A DNA stretch of 64,000 nt from an uncultured Bacilli bacterium (GCA_947632115.1 CANROB010000006.1:3844-67843); one strand, 5' to 3'; positions 1 through 10,184 are shown, counted from the first letter of the stretch. The notes: generated by a model from the sequence alone, not told the origin. A program made the numbers and translations.

Positions 1-897
1 TGTAAAAGAAAATAAAAGATGGCTACACATCCGCATTAAACGATTATAGGTATAGTATTTGGTTTTCACAGCAAGAAGAAAATCTTCTAAAGAAGTCGCG
101 TCTAGAATTTTATCTTTTAAACGATTTTGAATACGACTATCAACGGTTTCATATTTATCTAAATTTTCTTCCGTTAAGATTTTATAACGAATATAGGGAA
201 AATAATCTTCTAAGGAAGTAGTATCTTGTAACAGAGGTAGAACCTCTTTAGGAATAGCGGAAGAAATATCTTTCTTTTCTTTTAATTCTTTTCGAATGCT
301 GGTAGCACTACTAATCGTTCCTGTTAGAAAATTACTGTGGTAATCATTCGTGCGAGAAATGGTAATAGGGGTGATATCGTAGTTGTTTTCTAGAATTTCT
401 CTAATATAAGAAAGCCCCAATAAATCATTCGGTTTGGTAATTTCTATTCCTGTTTCCTCTTTTAACGCTTTAGAAAGACTAGAAGGATAATTATTCCCTT
501 CTTCTAAGTAACTATTGAATCGTTTTTGATACTTTTTAGAAAAGAGTTGGGTTTTAGCACAAGTCGTTAGATCTTCTATAGAATTGCATTCGGATCCAAA
601 TACTAGATAAGATACTTGTAAATCATTTAGAATTTGCAAGGCACCTTTTGCAAAGATATCTGCGGATTGACTGGCAAAGACATAGGGAAGTTCAACGACT
701 AAATCGACTCCATATTGCATGGCTAAACTCGCTTTTTCCCATTTAGAAAGAAGGCTTAGTTCTCCTCTTTGTGTGACATTTCCAGACACGACTAAAATAA
801 GAGGTTCCTCGGGGAAAAGCTCTTTTACTTTTTGTAGGTGGTATACATGCCCATTATGAAAGGGATTATATTCACAGATTATTCCAACAGCGTTCAT
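1..897 (-). CDS. tmcAL: tRNA(Met) cytidine acetate ligase TmcAL (YlbM/UPF0348 family); C-terminus lies off the left edge
   Basis: Absent from the ORF track because it runs off the window. Hand translation of the minus strand from the ATG at 897 gives MNAVGIICEYNPFHNGHVYHLQKVKELF...VVSGNVTQRGE...LGLSYIREI and stays open to position 1. The EYNPFHNGH nucleotidyltransferase motif and the position next to ylbN-rpmF fit TmcAL. Confidence 0.8.
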   Translation of the reverse strand, partial: MNAVGIICEYNPFHNGHVYHLQKVKELFPEEPLILVVSGNVTQRGELSLLSKWEKASLAMQYGVDLVVELPYVFASQSADIFAKGALQILNDLQVSYLVFGSECNSIEDLTTCAKTQLFSKKYQKRFNSYLEEGNNYPSSLSKALKEETGIEITKPNDLLGLSYIREILENNYDITPITISRTNDYHSNFLTGTISSATSIRKELKEKKDISSAIPKEVLPLLQDTTSLEDYFPYIRYKILTEENLDKYETVDSRIQNRLKDKILDATSLEDFLLAVKTKYYTYNRLMRMCSHLLFSFT

Positions 898-928
898 TTA
901 ATCACCAGCTATATCATATCATATTTTC

Positions 929-957
929 TTGCATTTTTAAGATTTTTTCTGTATAAT
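929..957 (+). promoter_or_regulatory. sigma-A type promoter for ylbN-rpmF
   Basis: TTGCAT (929-934), a 17-nt spacer, then TATAAT (952-957), about 20 nt upstream of the 978 start. Confidence 0.5.
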
Positions 958-977
958 GTTCTAGTCGGGTGATATAG

Positions 978-1457
978 ATGATAATTGATTTAGCAAGACT
1001 GCGAAATAGAATCGATTCCTATGCTACGGTGGATGAGTATTATTCTTTTCCTAAGGAGGACTTAGAACATACCGGAGTTACTTCGATTGATAATGTTCAT
1101 GTAGAAGGAACCATTACTCTAGATTCGATGGATGAACTACACCTAGATTTAGTAGCAAGTGGTACCATGGTAATTCCTTGCGCTATCACTTTAAAACCGG
1201 TAGATTATCCTTTTTCAATTTCGATTCAAGGAACGTTAGAAGAATTATTAGATGAAATCACTGAAAAAACAACAAATTATCAAAATAGTCTTGATATTTT
1301 ACCAATAATATGGGAAAATATATTAATGGAAATTCCCATGCGTGTTGTAAGTGAGGATGCAAAGGATGTCGAGTTAAAAGGCGATGGCTGGAGACTTATA
1401 ACAGGTGATGAGGAAGAAGAAAATTCGGAACTATCCAAATTAAAAGATTTATTGTAA
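978..1457 (+). CDS. ylbN: YceD/YlbN DUF177 family protein (large-subunit rRNA accumulation protein)
   Basis: Acidic 159-aa ORF immediately upstream of rpmF, the conserved position of DUF177. It has an acidic C-terminal tail. Confidence 0.7.
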   Translation: MIIDLARLRNRIDSYATVDEYYSFPKEDLEHTGVTSIDNVHVEGTITLDSMDELHLDLVASGTMVIPCAITLKPVDYPFSISIQGTLEELLDEITEKTTNYQNSLDILPIIWENILMEIPMRVVSEDAKDVELKGDGWRLITGDEEEENSELSKLKDLL

Positions 1458-1475
1458 GATCGTGAGGTGAATAGG

Positions 1476-1661
1476 ATGGCTGTACCATTTAGAAAAATAA
1501 GTAATACTAGAACAAGAAAAAGAAGAACACATTATAAGATTAGCGAAAATGGAACAACAAAATGTCCAAAATGTGGCGCAGATATTAGACCACACAGAGT
1601 ATGTTTAAGTTGTGGAACATACAAAGGAAAAGAAGTTGTTAAACAAGAAGAAGAAAAATAG
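1476..1661 (+). CDS. rpmF: 50S ribosomal protein L32 (zinc-ribbon form)
   Basis: [22 protein letters not shown]-terminus and a CPKCG...CLSCG ribbon. The GAGGTG Shine-Dalgarno 7 nt upstream favours the ATG at 1476 over the track start at 1467. Confidence 0.9.
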   Translation: MAVPFRKISNTRTRKRRTHYKISENGTTKCPKCGADIRPHRVCLSCGTYKGKEVVKQEEEK

Positions 1662-1711
1662 TCTTCTTTTTTTTTGCTAATAATGATATACTTTTGATGT
1701 AAGGTAGTGAT

Positions 1712-3910
1712 ATGATGCTAGATGAAGAAAAAGAATTAGAAAAAACGAAAGAGTTTGTGCCTATGGATAATAAGGAAAACGAACCAATTTCAGATGATTA
1801 TTCAAAAGAGGAGGCCTCTTTAGAAAAGTTAGTAGAATCTATGGAAAAAGAAGAACAAAAAAAGGAAGAACAGGAAAAAGAAGAACGACTTGAAAGAAAA
1901 GAGGAAGATAAGGAGGATACTGCCCCTTTAGAACCAAATCCAGGAAAGAAAAAGAAAGTATTTATTTTTCTTGTTATTGCCATTTTTATGGTCATTGTGG
2001 CAGTGGTTGTTGTCTTATTTCTTCTTCTTTCCAAGCCTGATAAGAAAGAAGAGATACCAGATGAGGAACCTGAGGGTGTAGTAGAAGAAAGTAATCAAGA
2101 GATTTTTGATTCTTATGTTACGAAATTACAGGAACTAATTAATGGATACGTTTCTAGTAATACCACTCTTCCTACATACGAAGAATTATCTTCTTATGTT
2201 AAATTAGATTCTCATACCATTACTTGTGAACAAAATATTCTTTATCCAAGTGGAAATTTGTATTTGTCTCAGTGTTCTGTTGATCAATCAGAGGAAAAAT
2301 TCTCTTATGGAGAAGAAGAAAAAAAGCAAGTAACAGGAAAGGTACTTACGATTTATCACATTAAAAAGGATAATAGTGAGTATTATGGATTTGAAGCAGA
2401 AAAAGATAGTACTAGTACCAAAGTAGGAGAAATTACGTGTGCAGGGGAATCTTGTACCGGCTATGATGCCTTCTTAAATTACGCTATTATTGAAGAAGAG
2501 GGAAAAATTTCCGTTTATGATTATCAAAAAAATCAAGTAGTATTTGGCCCTACGGTAATGAGTGGGGAATATGAAGCTTTAGCTTCTAATACGACTTTAT
2601 ATGGAATTTATTGGCAGGAAAATAAAAATAATTTTATTTATAGTTTAGTCGCTAAAAAGAAAATTTCGAATATTGAAGGAGAATACCTTTATGATGAGCC
2701 ATATAAAAATGTATATCTCGCTCAAGAGTTAGGGTATGCTTGTTTTTCTTCCAAAGGAAAGACCAATGTCTTTGATGTTAAAACCGGAAAATTAGCCTTT
2801 ACAGTTCCTGGAGAAATTGTTTCTTTCTATAGAGAGGGAGATTCCCTTTATGAAGCTATTTTATCTAGTGGAGAATATATTAAAATCTATGATCAAAATG
2901 GAAAATCTTTATTTCAAGGAGAAGAATTAGATTCTTTCTTTGTCAATAAGAAAAACTTTGTAACAACTCGTGATGGGGTATTTAAAGTTTATGATCGAAA
3001 TAATAAATTACAATATACTAGTGAAAAGCAAGATACAATTGGTATCGTTATCGATGATTATGTTGTCGTAATGAATCAACAAAAGTTGCAACTTTTAGAT
3101 TACAAAGGAAATCTTGTTCATACCTTCATTGACAATTGGGATGAGGATTCTATGGTTTTTCACACGATGTTATCTGGTTGGTATGAGGATCATGGTAAAA
3201 ACGGTGTTTATCTTGTCATTCAAGACTCTAAGGTAACAAAAGAAGAAGTCAAAAAAGAAAACCCAGATATGTCTTTAGAAGACTTAAAAGAATATGATTT
3301 AGGGTATGAATACTACTATATTCCAACTACCAAAGAATCAGGTAGAATTCCTACTTATATCGGAGGATATGCTAAACCTGTTTTATACCTTTATCCAACG
3401 TTACCAACATTTGTCAATGTGACATTCCGGTATCCTGAGAGACTAACAACTACGTATCCGAAGTATCAAAATAAATGGAGTGTTTTAGCAACACCTAATG
3501 GTACGTTACTTGATCAAAAGCAAAAGTCTTACTATGCTCTTTACTGGGAAGAGAAAGGAAATCATTATGTTGATTTTAAAGAAGGGTTCTATGTAACTTC
3601 TGAAAACGCCATTGATTTCTTGGAGGAAAAACTTTCCTTAATCGGATTAAATGATCATGAGAAAAATGAATTTATTATGTATTGGTTACCAATTTTAGAG
3701 AAAAATGGACAAAGTCTTGTCTACTTCGAGTTAACAGAGGAGAGAAATGCTTATAGTCCAATTGAAATTAATCCAAAACCAGATTCTCTTCTTCGTATGG
3801 CTATTCATATCAAGAAAGTCGATTCTTATCAAAAGATAAAACAACAACGATTAAAATCTTTCCAAAGAAAAGGATTTACTGCTGTTGAGTGGGGTGGCGT
3901 TATCTACTAA
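1712..3910 (+). CDS. Membrane-anchored extracytoplasmic protein of unknown function, with an E/K-rich cytoplasmic tail and a single TM
   Basis: 732-aa ORF. Glu/Lys-rich N-terminal ~80 aa, a TM helix (VFIFLVIAIFMVIVAVVVVLFLLL), then a large beta-rich ectodomain. I recognise no catalytic motif. Confidence 0.6.
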   Translation: MMLDEEKELEKTKEFVPMDNKENEPISDDYSKEEASLEKLVESMEKEEQKKEEQEKEERLERKEEDKEDTAPLEPNPGKKKKVFIFLVIAIFMVIVAVVVVLFLLLSKPDKKEEIPDEEPEGVVEESNQEIFDSYVTKLQELINGYVSSNTTLPTYEELSSYVKLDSHTITCEQNILYPSGNLYLSQCSVDQSEEKFSYGEEEKKQVTGKVLTIYHIKKDNSEYYGFEAEKDSTSTKVGEITCAGESCTGYDAFLNYAIIEEEGKISVYDYQKNQVVFGPTVMSGEYEALASNTTLYGIYWQENKNNFIYSLVAKKKISNIEGEYLYDEPYKNVYLAQELGYACFSSKGKTNVFDVKTGKLAFTVPGEIVSFYREGDSLYEAILSSGEYIKIYDQNGKSLFQGEELDSFFVNKKNFVTTRDGVFKVYDRNNKLQYTSEKQDTIGIVIDDYVVVMNQQKLQLLDYKGNLVHTFIDNWDEDSMVFHTMLSGWYEDHGKNGVYLVIQDSKVTKEEVKKENPDMSLEDLKEYDLGYEYYYIPTTKESGRIPTYIGGYAKPVLYLYPTLPTFVNVTFRYPERLTTTYPKYQNKWSVLATPNGTLLDQKQKSYYALYWEEKGNHYVDFKEGFYVTSENAIDFLEEKLSLIGLNDHEKNEFIMYWLPILEKNGQSLVYFELTEERNAYSPIEINPKPDSLLRMAIHIKKVDSYQKIKQQRLKSFQRKGFTAVEWGGVIY

Positions 3911-3915
3911 AATGG

Positions 3916-3943
3916 TTGACTTTCCTAATAGTTATGATATAAT
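3916..3943 (+). promoter_or_regulatory. sigma-A promoter with extended -10 for the T-box leader
   Basis: TTGACT (3916-3921), a 16-nt spacer, then TGaTATAAT (3935-3943). Confidence 0.6.
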
Positions 3944-3949
3944 GTTGAT

Positions 3950-4153
3950 AGTTTTAATTGACGAGGAACAATATCAGTAGTTTTAAAGTTGGAAAAAAGA
4001 GATCTAGTGGTGGATGAAAACTAGACAAGGCTTTAAAATGAAATACCAATTGGGAGTCAAATCGTAAATCGCGTTAAGATAAAAGTGCATAAAATATTAT
4101 GAAATAGGATGGTACCGCGGGAAAACTCGTTCCTATACTCATAATATTTTTTT
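3950..4153 (+). promoter_or_regulatory. T-box leader (tRNA-sensing riboswitch) with intrinsic terminator, probably Tyr-specific
   Basis: Conserved T-box sequence AAUAGGAUGGUACCGCGGG at 4103-4121. A long terminator helix pairs 4091-4109 (AAAATATTATGA + ATAGGA) with 4131-4150 (TCCTAT..TCATAATATTTT), followed by a T-run to 4153. An AGAGA element lies near 4007. A UAC triplet at 4044-4046 sits where the specifier is expected. The UGGU bulge is compatible with an A73 tRNA. Confidence 0.75.
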
Positions 4154-4183
4154 ATGGAAAGAAATAAAAAAATAGGAGGATTT

Positions 4184-4864
4184 ATGGAATTAAATAGTTA
4201 TATTGATCATACCAATTTAAAGCCAACAGCAACTATGCGGGATATTGAAAAATTATGTGATGAGGCAAAAAAATATCATTTTGCTTCCGTGTGTGTACAT
4301 CCTTATTATGTTTCCCTTGCGCATGAACTTTTAAAGGGAAGCAATGTCGAAGTAGGGACAGTTGTGGGGTTCCCTTTAGGGGCTAATACGACGGAAACAA
4401 AGGCATTTGAGGCCATTAATGCTATAGAGGCAGGGGCTACTGAAATTGATATGGTTATTAATTTAAGTGCTCTTAAAAATAAGGATTATGATTACGTAAA
4501 AGAAGAAATAGAAGAGATTCGTGATTCGATTGATGGTCATGTTTTAAAAGTGATTATTGAAACTTGTTATTTAACGGAAGAAGAAATTGTTAAAATGACG
4601 GAAATTTGTAATGAAACATTTGTCAATTTTATTAAGACGTCAACCGGCTTTGGTATATCAGGCGCAAAAGTAGAAGATATCGAATTAATTCGGAATCATA
4701 AAAATGAGGTTTTAGAGATTAAAGCAAGTGGTGGGATTCGGAATGTTGAGGAAGCAGAAGCTATGATTGATGCAGGAGCAACTAGAATAGGAACCAGTAG
4801 TGCTTTAGAGTGGATAAATCATCATCACGAACATCATTTAGAAAATGGAAAAGAGGAGAAATAA
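4184..4864 (+). CDS. deoC: Deoxyribose-phosphate aldolase
   Basis: IDHTNLKP, the FIKTSTGF Schiff-base lysine motif and IKASGGIR. AGGAGGA Shine-Dalgarno at 4174-4180. The track start at 4154 would abut the T-box terminator T-run, so 4184 is preferred. Confidence 0.85.
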   Translation: MELNSYIDHTNLKPTATMRDIEKLCDEAKKYHFASVCVHPYYVSLAHELLKGSNVEVGTVVGFPLGANTTETKAFEAINAIEAGATEIDMVINLSALKNKDYDYVKEEIEEIRDSIDGHVLKVIIETCYLTEEEIVKMTEICNETFVNFIKTSTGFGISGAKVEDIELIRNHKNEVLEIKASGGIRNVEEAEAMIDAGATRIGTSSALEWINHHHEHHLENGKEEK

Positions 4865-4865
4865 T

Positions 4866-6089
4866 ATGACATTATTTGAAGATTTAAAATGGCGAGGACT
4901 TATCAAAGATATTAGTTCTCCAGAACTAGAAAAAAAATTAAATGAAGAAAAATTAACATTTTATATCGGAACTGATCCTACGGCAGATTCAATGCACATT
5001 GGACATTTTTCTTCCTTTTTAATTGCTACTCGTTTAGCGCGTTATGGACATCATCCTATTTTACTTGTTGGGGGAGCAACGGGATTAATAGGAGATCCAA
5101 AGCCAAGTCAAGAGCGGCAAATGATTAGTAAGGAAGAAGTTTTTAAAAATGTCGAAGGATTAACTAGACAAGCCGAAAAAATCTTTGGCTTTGAAGTTGT
5201 CAATAACTATGATTGGACTAAGGATATTACGATTCTAGATTTTTTAAGAGATTATGGAAAATATATTAATGTCAATTATATGTTGGATAAAGATATCATA
5301 AGTAGAAGATTAGATTCAGGAATTACCTTCTGTGAATTTGCGTATACCTTATTACAAGGAATGGACTTTGTTCATCTTTATGAGGATAAAGGAGTTACTC
5401 TTCAAGTTGCGGGATCTGATCAATGGGGAAACATAACAACCGGAATTGAATTAGCTAGAAAAATGAAAGATGTGGAACTTTTCGGAATGACTATGCCTCT
5501 TGTTTTAGATGCTAATGGGGTAAAATTTGGAAAAACAGAAGGCAATGCCCTATGGCTTGATAAAGAGAAAACTTCCAGTTATGAGTTATATCAATACCTT
5601 ATTAATACGAGTGATTTATGTGTGATTGACTACTTAAAGAAATTGACCTTTTTAACGAAAGAAGAAATTGAAGAAATCGAAAGAAAACATCAAGAACATC
5701 CTGAGGAGCGATTAGCGCAAAAAGCCCTTGCTCATGAGGTGATTACTTTCTTACATGGTGAGGAAGAGTATCAAAAAGCTCTTCACATCAGTGAAGTTCT
5801 CTTTAGTGGTAATATCCAAGAATTATCTTTAGAAGAAATTCGTGATGGCTTAAAAGATGTTCCTAATTTTCAGTTAAAACCAATGACATTAATCGATATG
5901 TTAGTGGAAAATGGCATTGCGAGTAGCAGAAGAGAAGCTAGAGAATTCTTAAGTGCTGGTTCTATTTCTATCAATGGAGAAAAAGTAACAGAAGAGGCTA
6001 TGATGATTGATGAAAATCTAGCCATTGAGGGAAAAGTACTCGTTGTTCGTAAAGGAAAAAAGAAATACTATATGGGAATTTTTGAATAA
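4866..6089 (+). CDS. tyrS: Tyrosine--tRNA ligase
   Basis: MTLFEDLKWRGLI N-terminus, the class I HIGH motif (SMHIGH), a KFGKT (KMSKS-like) motif and a C-terminal S4 domain. GAGGAG Shine-Dalgarno. The ATG lies 2 nt after the deoC stop. Confidence 0.95.
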   Translation: MTLFEDLKWRGLIKDISSPELEKKLNEEKLTFYIGTDPTADSMHIGHFSSFLIATRLARYGHHPILLVGGATGLIGDPKPSQERQMISKEEVFKNVEGLTRQAEKIFGFEVVNNYDWTKDITILDFLRDYGKYINVNYMLDKDIISRRLDSGITFCEFAYTLLQGMDFVHLYEDKGVTLQVAGSDQWGNITTGIELARKMKDVELFGMTMPLVLDANGVKFGKTEGNALWLDKEKTSSYELYQYLINTSDLCVIDYLKKLTFLTKEEIEEIERKHQEHPEERLAQKALAHEVITFLHGEEEYQKALHISEVLFSGNIQELSLEEIRDGLKDVPNFQLKPMTLIDMLVENGIASSRREAREFLSAGSISINGEKVTEEAMMIDENLAIEGKVLVVRKGKKKYYMGIFE

Positions 6090-6110
6090 AGCTCTAAAAG
6101 AGCTTTTTTT
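6089..6110 (+). terminator. Rho-independent terminator of deoC-tyrS
   Basis: AAGCTCT-aaa-AGAGCTT hairpin followed by T7. Confidence 0.7.
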
Positions 6111-6126
6111 AGTGCTAAAATGGGTC

Positions 6127-6151
6127 AAAAAAAAGGAATTTTAAATTCCTT
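6127..6151 (-). terminator. Rho-independent terminator of rpsD
   Basis: On the minus strand, an AAGGAATTT/AAATTCCTT hairpin followed by T8, directly after the rpsD stop. Confidence 0.7.
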
Positions 6152-6754
6152 TTATCTGTTGTAGTATTCAACGATTAATGATTCATTAATATCAGCGTTA
6201 AGTTCGCTTCTTTCAGGGTATCTTACATAAGTACCACTCATTTTATTATCATCAAAAGTTACAAAATCTACACGTCTTGTTAAGGCTTCTAAAGAAGCTT
6301 TTACTACTTTTAATTCCTTAGAATTTTCTTTAAGAGCGATAACATCACCTGGCTTACAAGTGTAAGATGGGATATTAACATTCTTTCCGTTTACAGTAAC
6401 GTGGCCATGATTTACTAATTGTCTAGCGCCTTTTCTAGTAGTAGAAAGTCCCATACGATAGCAAACGTTATCTAGACGACTCTCTAATAACTTAAGAAGG
6501 TTCTCACCATGTACACCTTTCATCTTACCAGCAAGAAGGAATGTTTTGTGGAATTGTTTCTCATTTAGTCCATACATAAATCTAACTTTTTGTTTTTCTT
6601 GTAATTGAACACCATAGTCAGATAATTTCTTTCCACGTTTATTTCCGTGTTGTCCTGGAGCATAAGGCTTTCTTCCTAATTCTTCTCCTGTTTCAAGAAT
6701 AGAAAATCCTAAACGACGTGATTTACGGTAACTAGAATCTGTGTATCTTGACAT
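6152..6754 (-). CDS. rpsD: 30S ribosomal protein S4
   Basis: [18 protein letters not shown]...[10 protein letters not shown]...S4 RNA-binding domain. The canonical MSRYT start at 6754 is preferred to the track start at 6760. Confidence 0.95.
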   Translation of the reverse strand: MSRYTDSSYRKSRRLGFSILETGEELGRKPYAPGQHGNKRGKKLSDYGVQLQEKQKVRFMYGLNEKQFHKTFLLAGKMKGVHGENLLKLLESRLDNVCYRMGLSTTRKGARQLVNHGHVTVNGKNVNIPSYTCKPGDVIALKENSKELKVVKASLEALTRRVDFVTFDDNKMSGTYVRYPERSELNADINESLIVEYYNR

Positions 6755-6913
6755 CTTCATTCTCCTTTCTAATGATGAATGAAGCCGTTTTCTCTCATAA
6801 TTAGGGTGTCTTATTTAAATATATTCACCTGCAGCTAGATTACAAATAACCCCTATAGGTAATAGACACATTAATCACTAAAAAAACACGCTGCTTTCTT
6901 CATCGCAGTTTTA

Positions 6914-6942
6914 ATTATAGTATGGATTCTAAGGAAAGTCAA
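6914..6942 (-). promoter_or_regulatory. sigma-A promoter of rpsD, followed by a ~150-nt leader
   Basis: The minus strand reads TTGACT, a 17-nt spacer, then TATAAT. A long leader precedes the RBS, as in the S4-autoregulated Bacillus rpsD. Confidence 0.6.
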
Positions 6943-7048
6943 GAAAAAAGTGGGTTCCTTTAGGAAAAATAAAAGCAAAACTCTATAAATATAGGAAATT
7001 TATCGAAAAAATAGAAAAAATATGATATACTTAATAATAGGTGATGAT

Positions 7049-8776
7049 ATGGAGAACAATTTAACATTAGTGATAGCAACTATCGTAATTGTTACCATCT
7101 TCTTAATTGTTGGTGTTATTTACTTTCTTCGTAGCAATCGCACCAAACGTATTAAAAAAATCTTAGAGAGATTGGAAATAGAAAAAAACCAAATTGATTC
7201 TTCGCCAATTGTTCCGGAATTAGCGAAGGTAGAAGCTATTTTAAATAATGAAAAATTAGAAGTCATGTATAAAGAATGGTCTAGCCGTCTTCAAAATATT
7301 AAGGATACCCAAATCCCTAAACTGACGGATATGATCTTAGATACCGAATATTCTTTGTCACAAAAAAGTTATAAGAATACTCTTTGTAAGTTAGCAAAAC
7401 TTGAAATGGAAGTTTATAAAGTAAGAACGAATTCCGAATTTTTATTAGGAGAAATTAAAGAGATTACTTCTAGTGAAGAACGAAGTAGGGAAGTAATTAC
7501 GGAATTTAAAGTTCGTTTTCGGGAATTACATCAAAAGTTTCAAAGTACGAAAAATGAATATGGACCAATGGCAGATGCAATCCAAAATCAGTTTGAAGTC
7601 ATTTCAAAAAGGTTTGAAGACTTTGAAACCATTATGGACAATAACGAATATACCGAGGTTAATGAAATTATTGGCATTATCAATGATTTACTAAAACATA
7701 TGTCAATCGTTATTGAAGAGGTTCCATCTATTGTGCTTTTAGCTTATAGTGTTCTTCCAAAGCGAATTCATGAAGTAGAAGAAGTCTATAATCGGATGGT
7801 AAAAGCAGGATATCCTCTTGATTATTTAAATGTCGAATATAATATTGATGAAGCAAATAAAAAAATTGGCGATATCATTGTTCGGGTTAAGAATTTAAAT
7901 CTAGAAGAAGGATTATTTGAATTAAAAGTATTACTAGATTATTTTGATTCTTTATTTAATGATTTTGAAAAAGAAAAAATTGCAAGAGCAACCTATGAAG
8001 ATACGAATGCAACTTTCCGCACGAAACTTTCCAAAATCAGTTCTGTTGTAGAAAACATTTTTGATCAGTTAGATGATATTAAAAACATCTATAATTTATC
8101 AGAGGAAGACATTGACGTTTTAAAAAAATTGTATGAGGATTTAAAAGAAGTAAGTGCGAATTACCAAGTACTTTTAGATCACACTTCTAATAATACGACA
8201 TTTGCTTATTCGAAACTCTTAAAAGAATTAGAAACACTTACTCTTTCCCTTGCCAAAATAGAGGATAAGTTAGATAATTCTTTAGATGCCATTGGTAGTA
8301 TGCGAGACGATGAACTTCGTGCCCGTCAACAGTTAGATGAAATTAAAGTGATTTTAAAAGATTCTAAGTTGCAGATGAGAAAATATAATCTTCCTTATAT
8401 CCCACAAAGTTATTATGTGGAATTAAAAGAAGCCATGAGTGCGATTCGGGAGATTGTAAGAGAGCTAGATAAAAAGCCAATTACGATTAGTGTGTTAAAT
8501 ACGAGAGTAGATACGGCAAGAGATCTTGTTTTAAAACTCTATACGAAAACAAAAGAACTTATCAGGATGGCTACTTTTGCGGAAACTGCTTTAGTATATA
8601 GTAACCGGTACCGTAGTAGTTATGAGGGATTAAGTAATAAATTAAATCTCTCCGAACAATTATTTTTAAAGGGAGAGTATCAAAAATCGTTAGAGCTTAC
8701 GATTAGTCTTTTAAATAAGATTGAACCAGGTGTCTACGATAAATTGATGTATTTATATAGTGGTGAAAGTAAGTAG
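7049..8776 (+). CDS. ezrA: Septation ring formation regulator EzrA
   Basis: N-terminal TM (LTLVIATIVIVTIFLIVGVIYFL), a ~540-aa coiled-coil body and a C-terminal YSNRYR patch. The neighbourhood (rpsD/tyrS/thiI) matches Bacillus. TGaTATACT at 7023-7031 overlaps the track ATG at 7022, so the ATG at 7049 with an AGGTGA Shine-Dalgarno is preferred. Confidence 0.8.
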   Translation: MENNLTLVIATIVIVTIFLIVGVIYFLRSNRTKRIKKILERLEIEKNQIDSSPIVPELAKVEAILNNEKLEVMYKEWSSRLQNIKDTQIPKLTDMILDTEYSLSQKSYKNTLCKLAKLEMEVYKVRTNSEFLLGEIKEITSSEERSREVITEFKVRFRELHQKFQSTKNEYGPMADAIQNQFEVISKRFEDFETIMDNNEYTEVNEIIGIINDLLKHMSIVIEEVPSIVLLAYSVLPKRIHEVEEVYNRMVKAGYPLDYLNVEYNIDEANKKIGDIIVRVKNLNLEEGLFELKVLLDYFDSLFNDFEKEKIARATYEDTNATFRTKLSKISSVVENIFDQLDDIKNIYNLSEEDIDVLKKLYEDLKEVSANYQVLLDHTSNNTTFAYSKLLKELETLTLSLAKIEDKLDNSLDAIGSMRDDELRARQQLDEIKVILKDSKLQMRKYNLPYIPQSYYVELKEAMSAIREIVRELDKKPITISVLNTRVDTARDLVLKLYTKTKELIRMATFAETALVYSNRYRSSYEGLSNKLNLSEQLFLKGEYQKSLELTISLLNKIEPGVYDKLMYLYSGESK

Positions 8777-8783
8777 GTGAATT

Positions 8784-10184
8784 ATGGAACCAAATGAAAA
8801 TGAATTTCACAATTCAGAACAACAATGGAATCATAGAAAAAAAAGTAGAAGAGAAAAAAGAAGAAATAAAGAAAATTCGATAGAACAAGAAATAGTAAAT
8901 ACTTCTTTAGAAGAGCCAAAACCCCCTGAAGAGAGCGTCGCTATAGCAGAATCTAGTAAAAATGAGCCCTTAGAAGAGGAGATTAAAGAAGAGGTACCAG
9001 ATACTCCCTTAGAGGAACCTAGACATGGTAAGGTAGAACTTCCTTTAGAAGATACTTCTTGTAATACTATAGAAGAGAAATTAGAAGAAAAAATAGAAGA
9101 ACCATTAAGAGAAGAAGGAAAAGCGTCTCTTAATAGTCATACAGAGACTTTAAATGATTTAGTCAAAGAAGTGCAAATCTTTTCGGATGATGATGAATTT
9201 TTCTTACCACAAAAAAAGGGAAAAGGTTGGATTTTCTTTTTCGTAATCCTTTTGGCTTTAATAGCAGGAGGACTTTGTTATTACTTCTTGGTTTATGAGA
9301 AAAAGGATACACCAGTGGAAGAGAAAAAAGAGGAAGCCCCATTAGATACGAATTATAGTTATGAGGAAAAAGAAGACTCTATTGATTTTTTAAAGGGACA
9401 AGAACTAGTAGATTCTTATCTTTGTAAAAAAACTTGTTCAGTTTATTCTTTGGGAAGATATCAATATCATAAAGATGGTGTTATTGCTCTTCAGGATGGC
9501 GAGGATATTTTCCTTTACGACTATATTCAAAAAGAAAAGATTAGTGATAACTATCTTAGCTTAAAAAATTTAGTAGAAGGAGATACAACTGTTTCTTTCC
9601 TTGCTGAAAAAGAAGAAGGATATGGCGTTATTTCTACAAAAGGAGAAGAGATTATTCCTTTTGAATATGAAGATATGGCTTATTCTTTTGGTGGCGGAGA
9701 TGTCAGTGATTATTCTTATGAAAAGAAAATCATTACAGCTAGTAAAGATGGAAAATGGGGACTTATTTCCCTAGAGGATGGGAAAGAAATTCTTCCTTTT
9801 GAATATGAAGATATTTATTATAGTGGTTATGATGCTATTGCTGTTCAAAAAGAGGGATTGTGGCATCTGTTAGATCTAGAAGGAAAAGAATTATTGAAAG
9901 ATGACTATGATATGATTATTCCTCTTAAAAGTTTTATTTTCGTTTCTAAAGATAAAAAATTTAATATCCTAAACTATGCTGGAGAAGAACAACTAAAAGA
10001 TACCATTCCTACTTATGTAAGTGGATTTAGAGGAAGAACTACTAGTCAAATTCCTACTTTTAAAATAGAAGTGGATAAGACAGTTGTTACTATCTACATT
10101 ATGGAAAACGCGGAAGATGAAAATGCTTATAGTACCTATAAATTCAACACTGTAAATGGGGAATTTACCAAAGTGATTTCCTAA
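8784..10184 (+). CDS. Membrane-anchored WG-repeat (KWG-like) protein
   Basis: E/K/P-rich N-terminal tail, a TM (WIFFFVILLALIAGGLCYYFLVY), then repeats of the type KDGKWGLISLEDGKEILPFEYEDI. Confidence 0.6.
   Translation: MEPNENEFHNSEQQWNHRKKSRREKRRNKENSIEQEIVNTSLEEPKPPEESVAIAESSKNEPLEEEIKEEVPDTPLEEPRHGKVELPLEDTSCNTIEEKLEEKIEEPLREEGKASLNSHTETLNDLVKEVQIFSDDDEFFLPQKKGKGWIFFFVILLALIAGGLCYYFLVYEKKDTPVEEKKEEAPLDTNYSYEEKEDSIDFLKGQELVDSYLCKKTCSVYSLGRYQYHKDGVIALQDGEDIFLYDYIQKEKISDNYLSLKNLVEGDTTVSFLAEKEEGYGVISTKGEEIIPFEYEDMAYSFGGGDVSDYSYEKKIITASKDGKWGLISLEDGKEILPFEYEDIYYSGYDAIAVQKEGLWHLLDLEGKELLKDDYDMIIPLKSFIFVSKDKKFNILNYAGEEQLKDTIPTYVSGFRGRTTSQIPTFKIEVDKTVVTIYIMENAEDENAYSTYKFNTVNGEFTKVIS

Noticed and set aside
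1798-2034. A minus-strand 78-aa ORF.
   Set aside because: It is antisense to the Glu/Lys-rich tail of the 1712 gene (GAA/AAG repeats read as Phe/Ser/Leu), and has no start context.
4154-4183. The upstream extension of deoC (MERNKKIGGF) given in the track.
   Set aside because: It would start immediately at the end of the T-box terminator T-run and has no RBS. The ATG at 4184 has an AGGAGGA Shine-Dalgarno and gives the canonical N-terminus.
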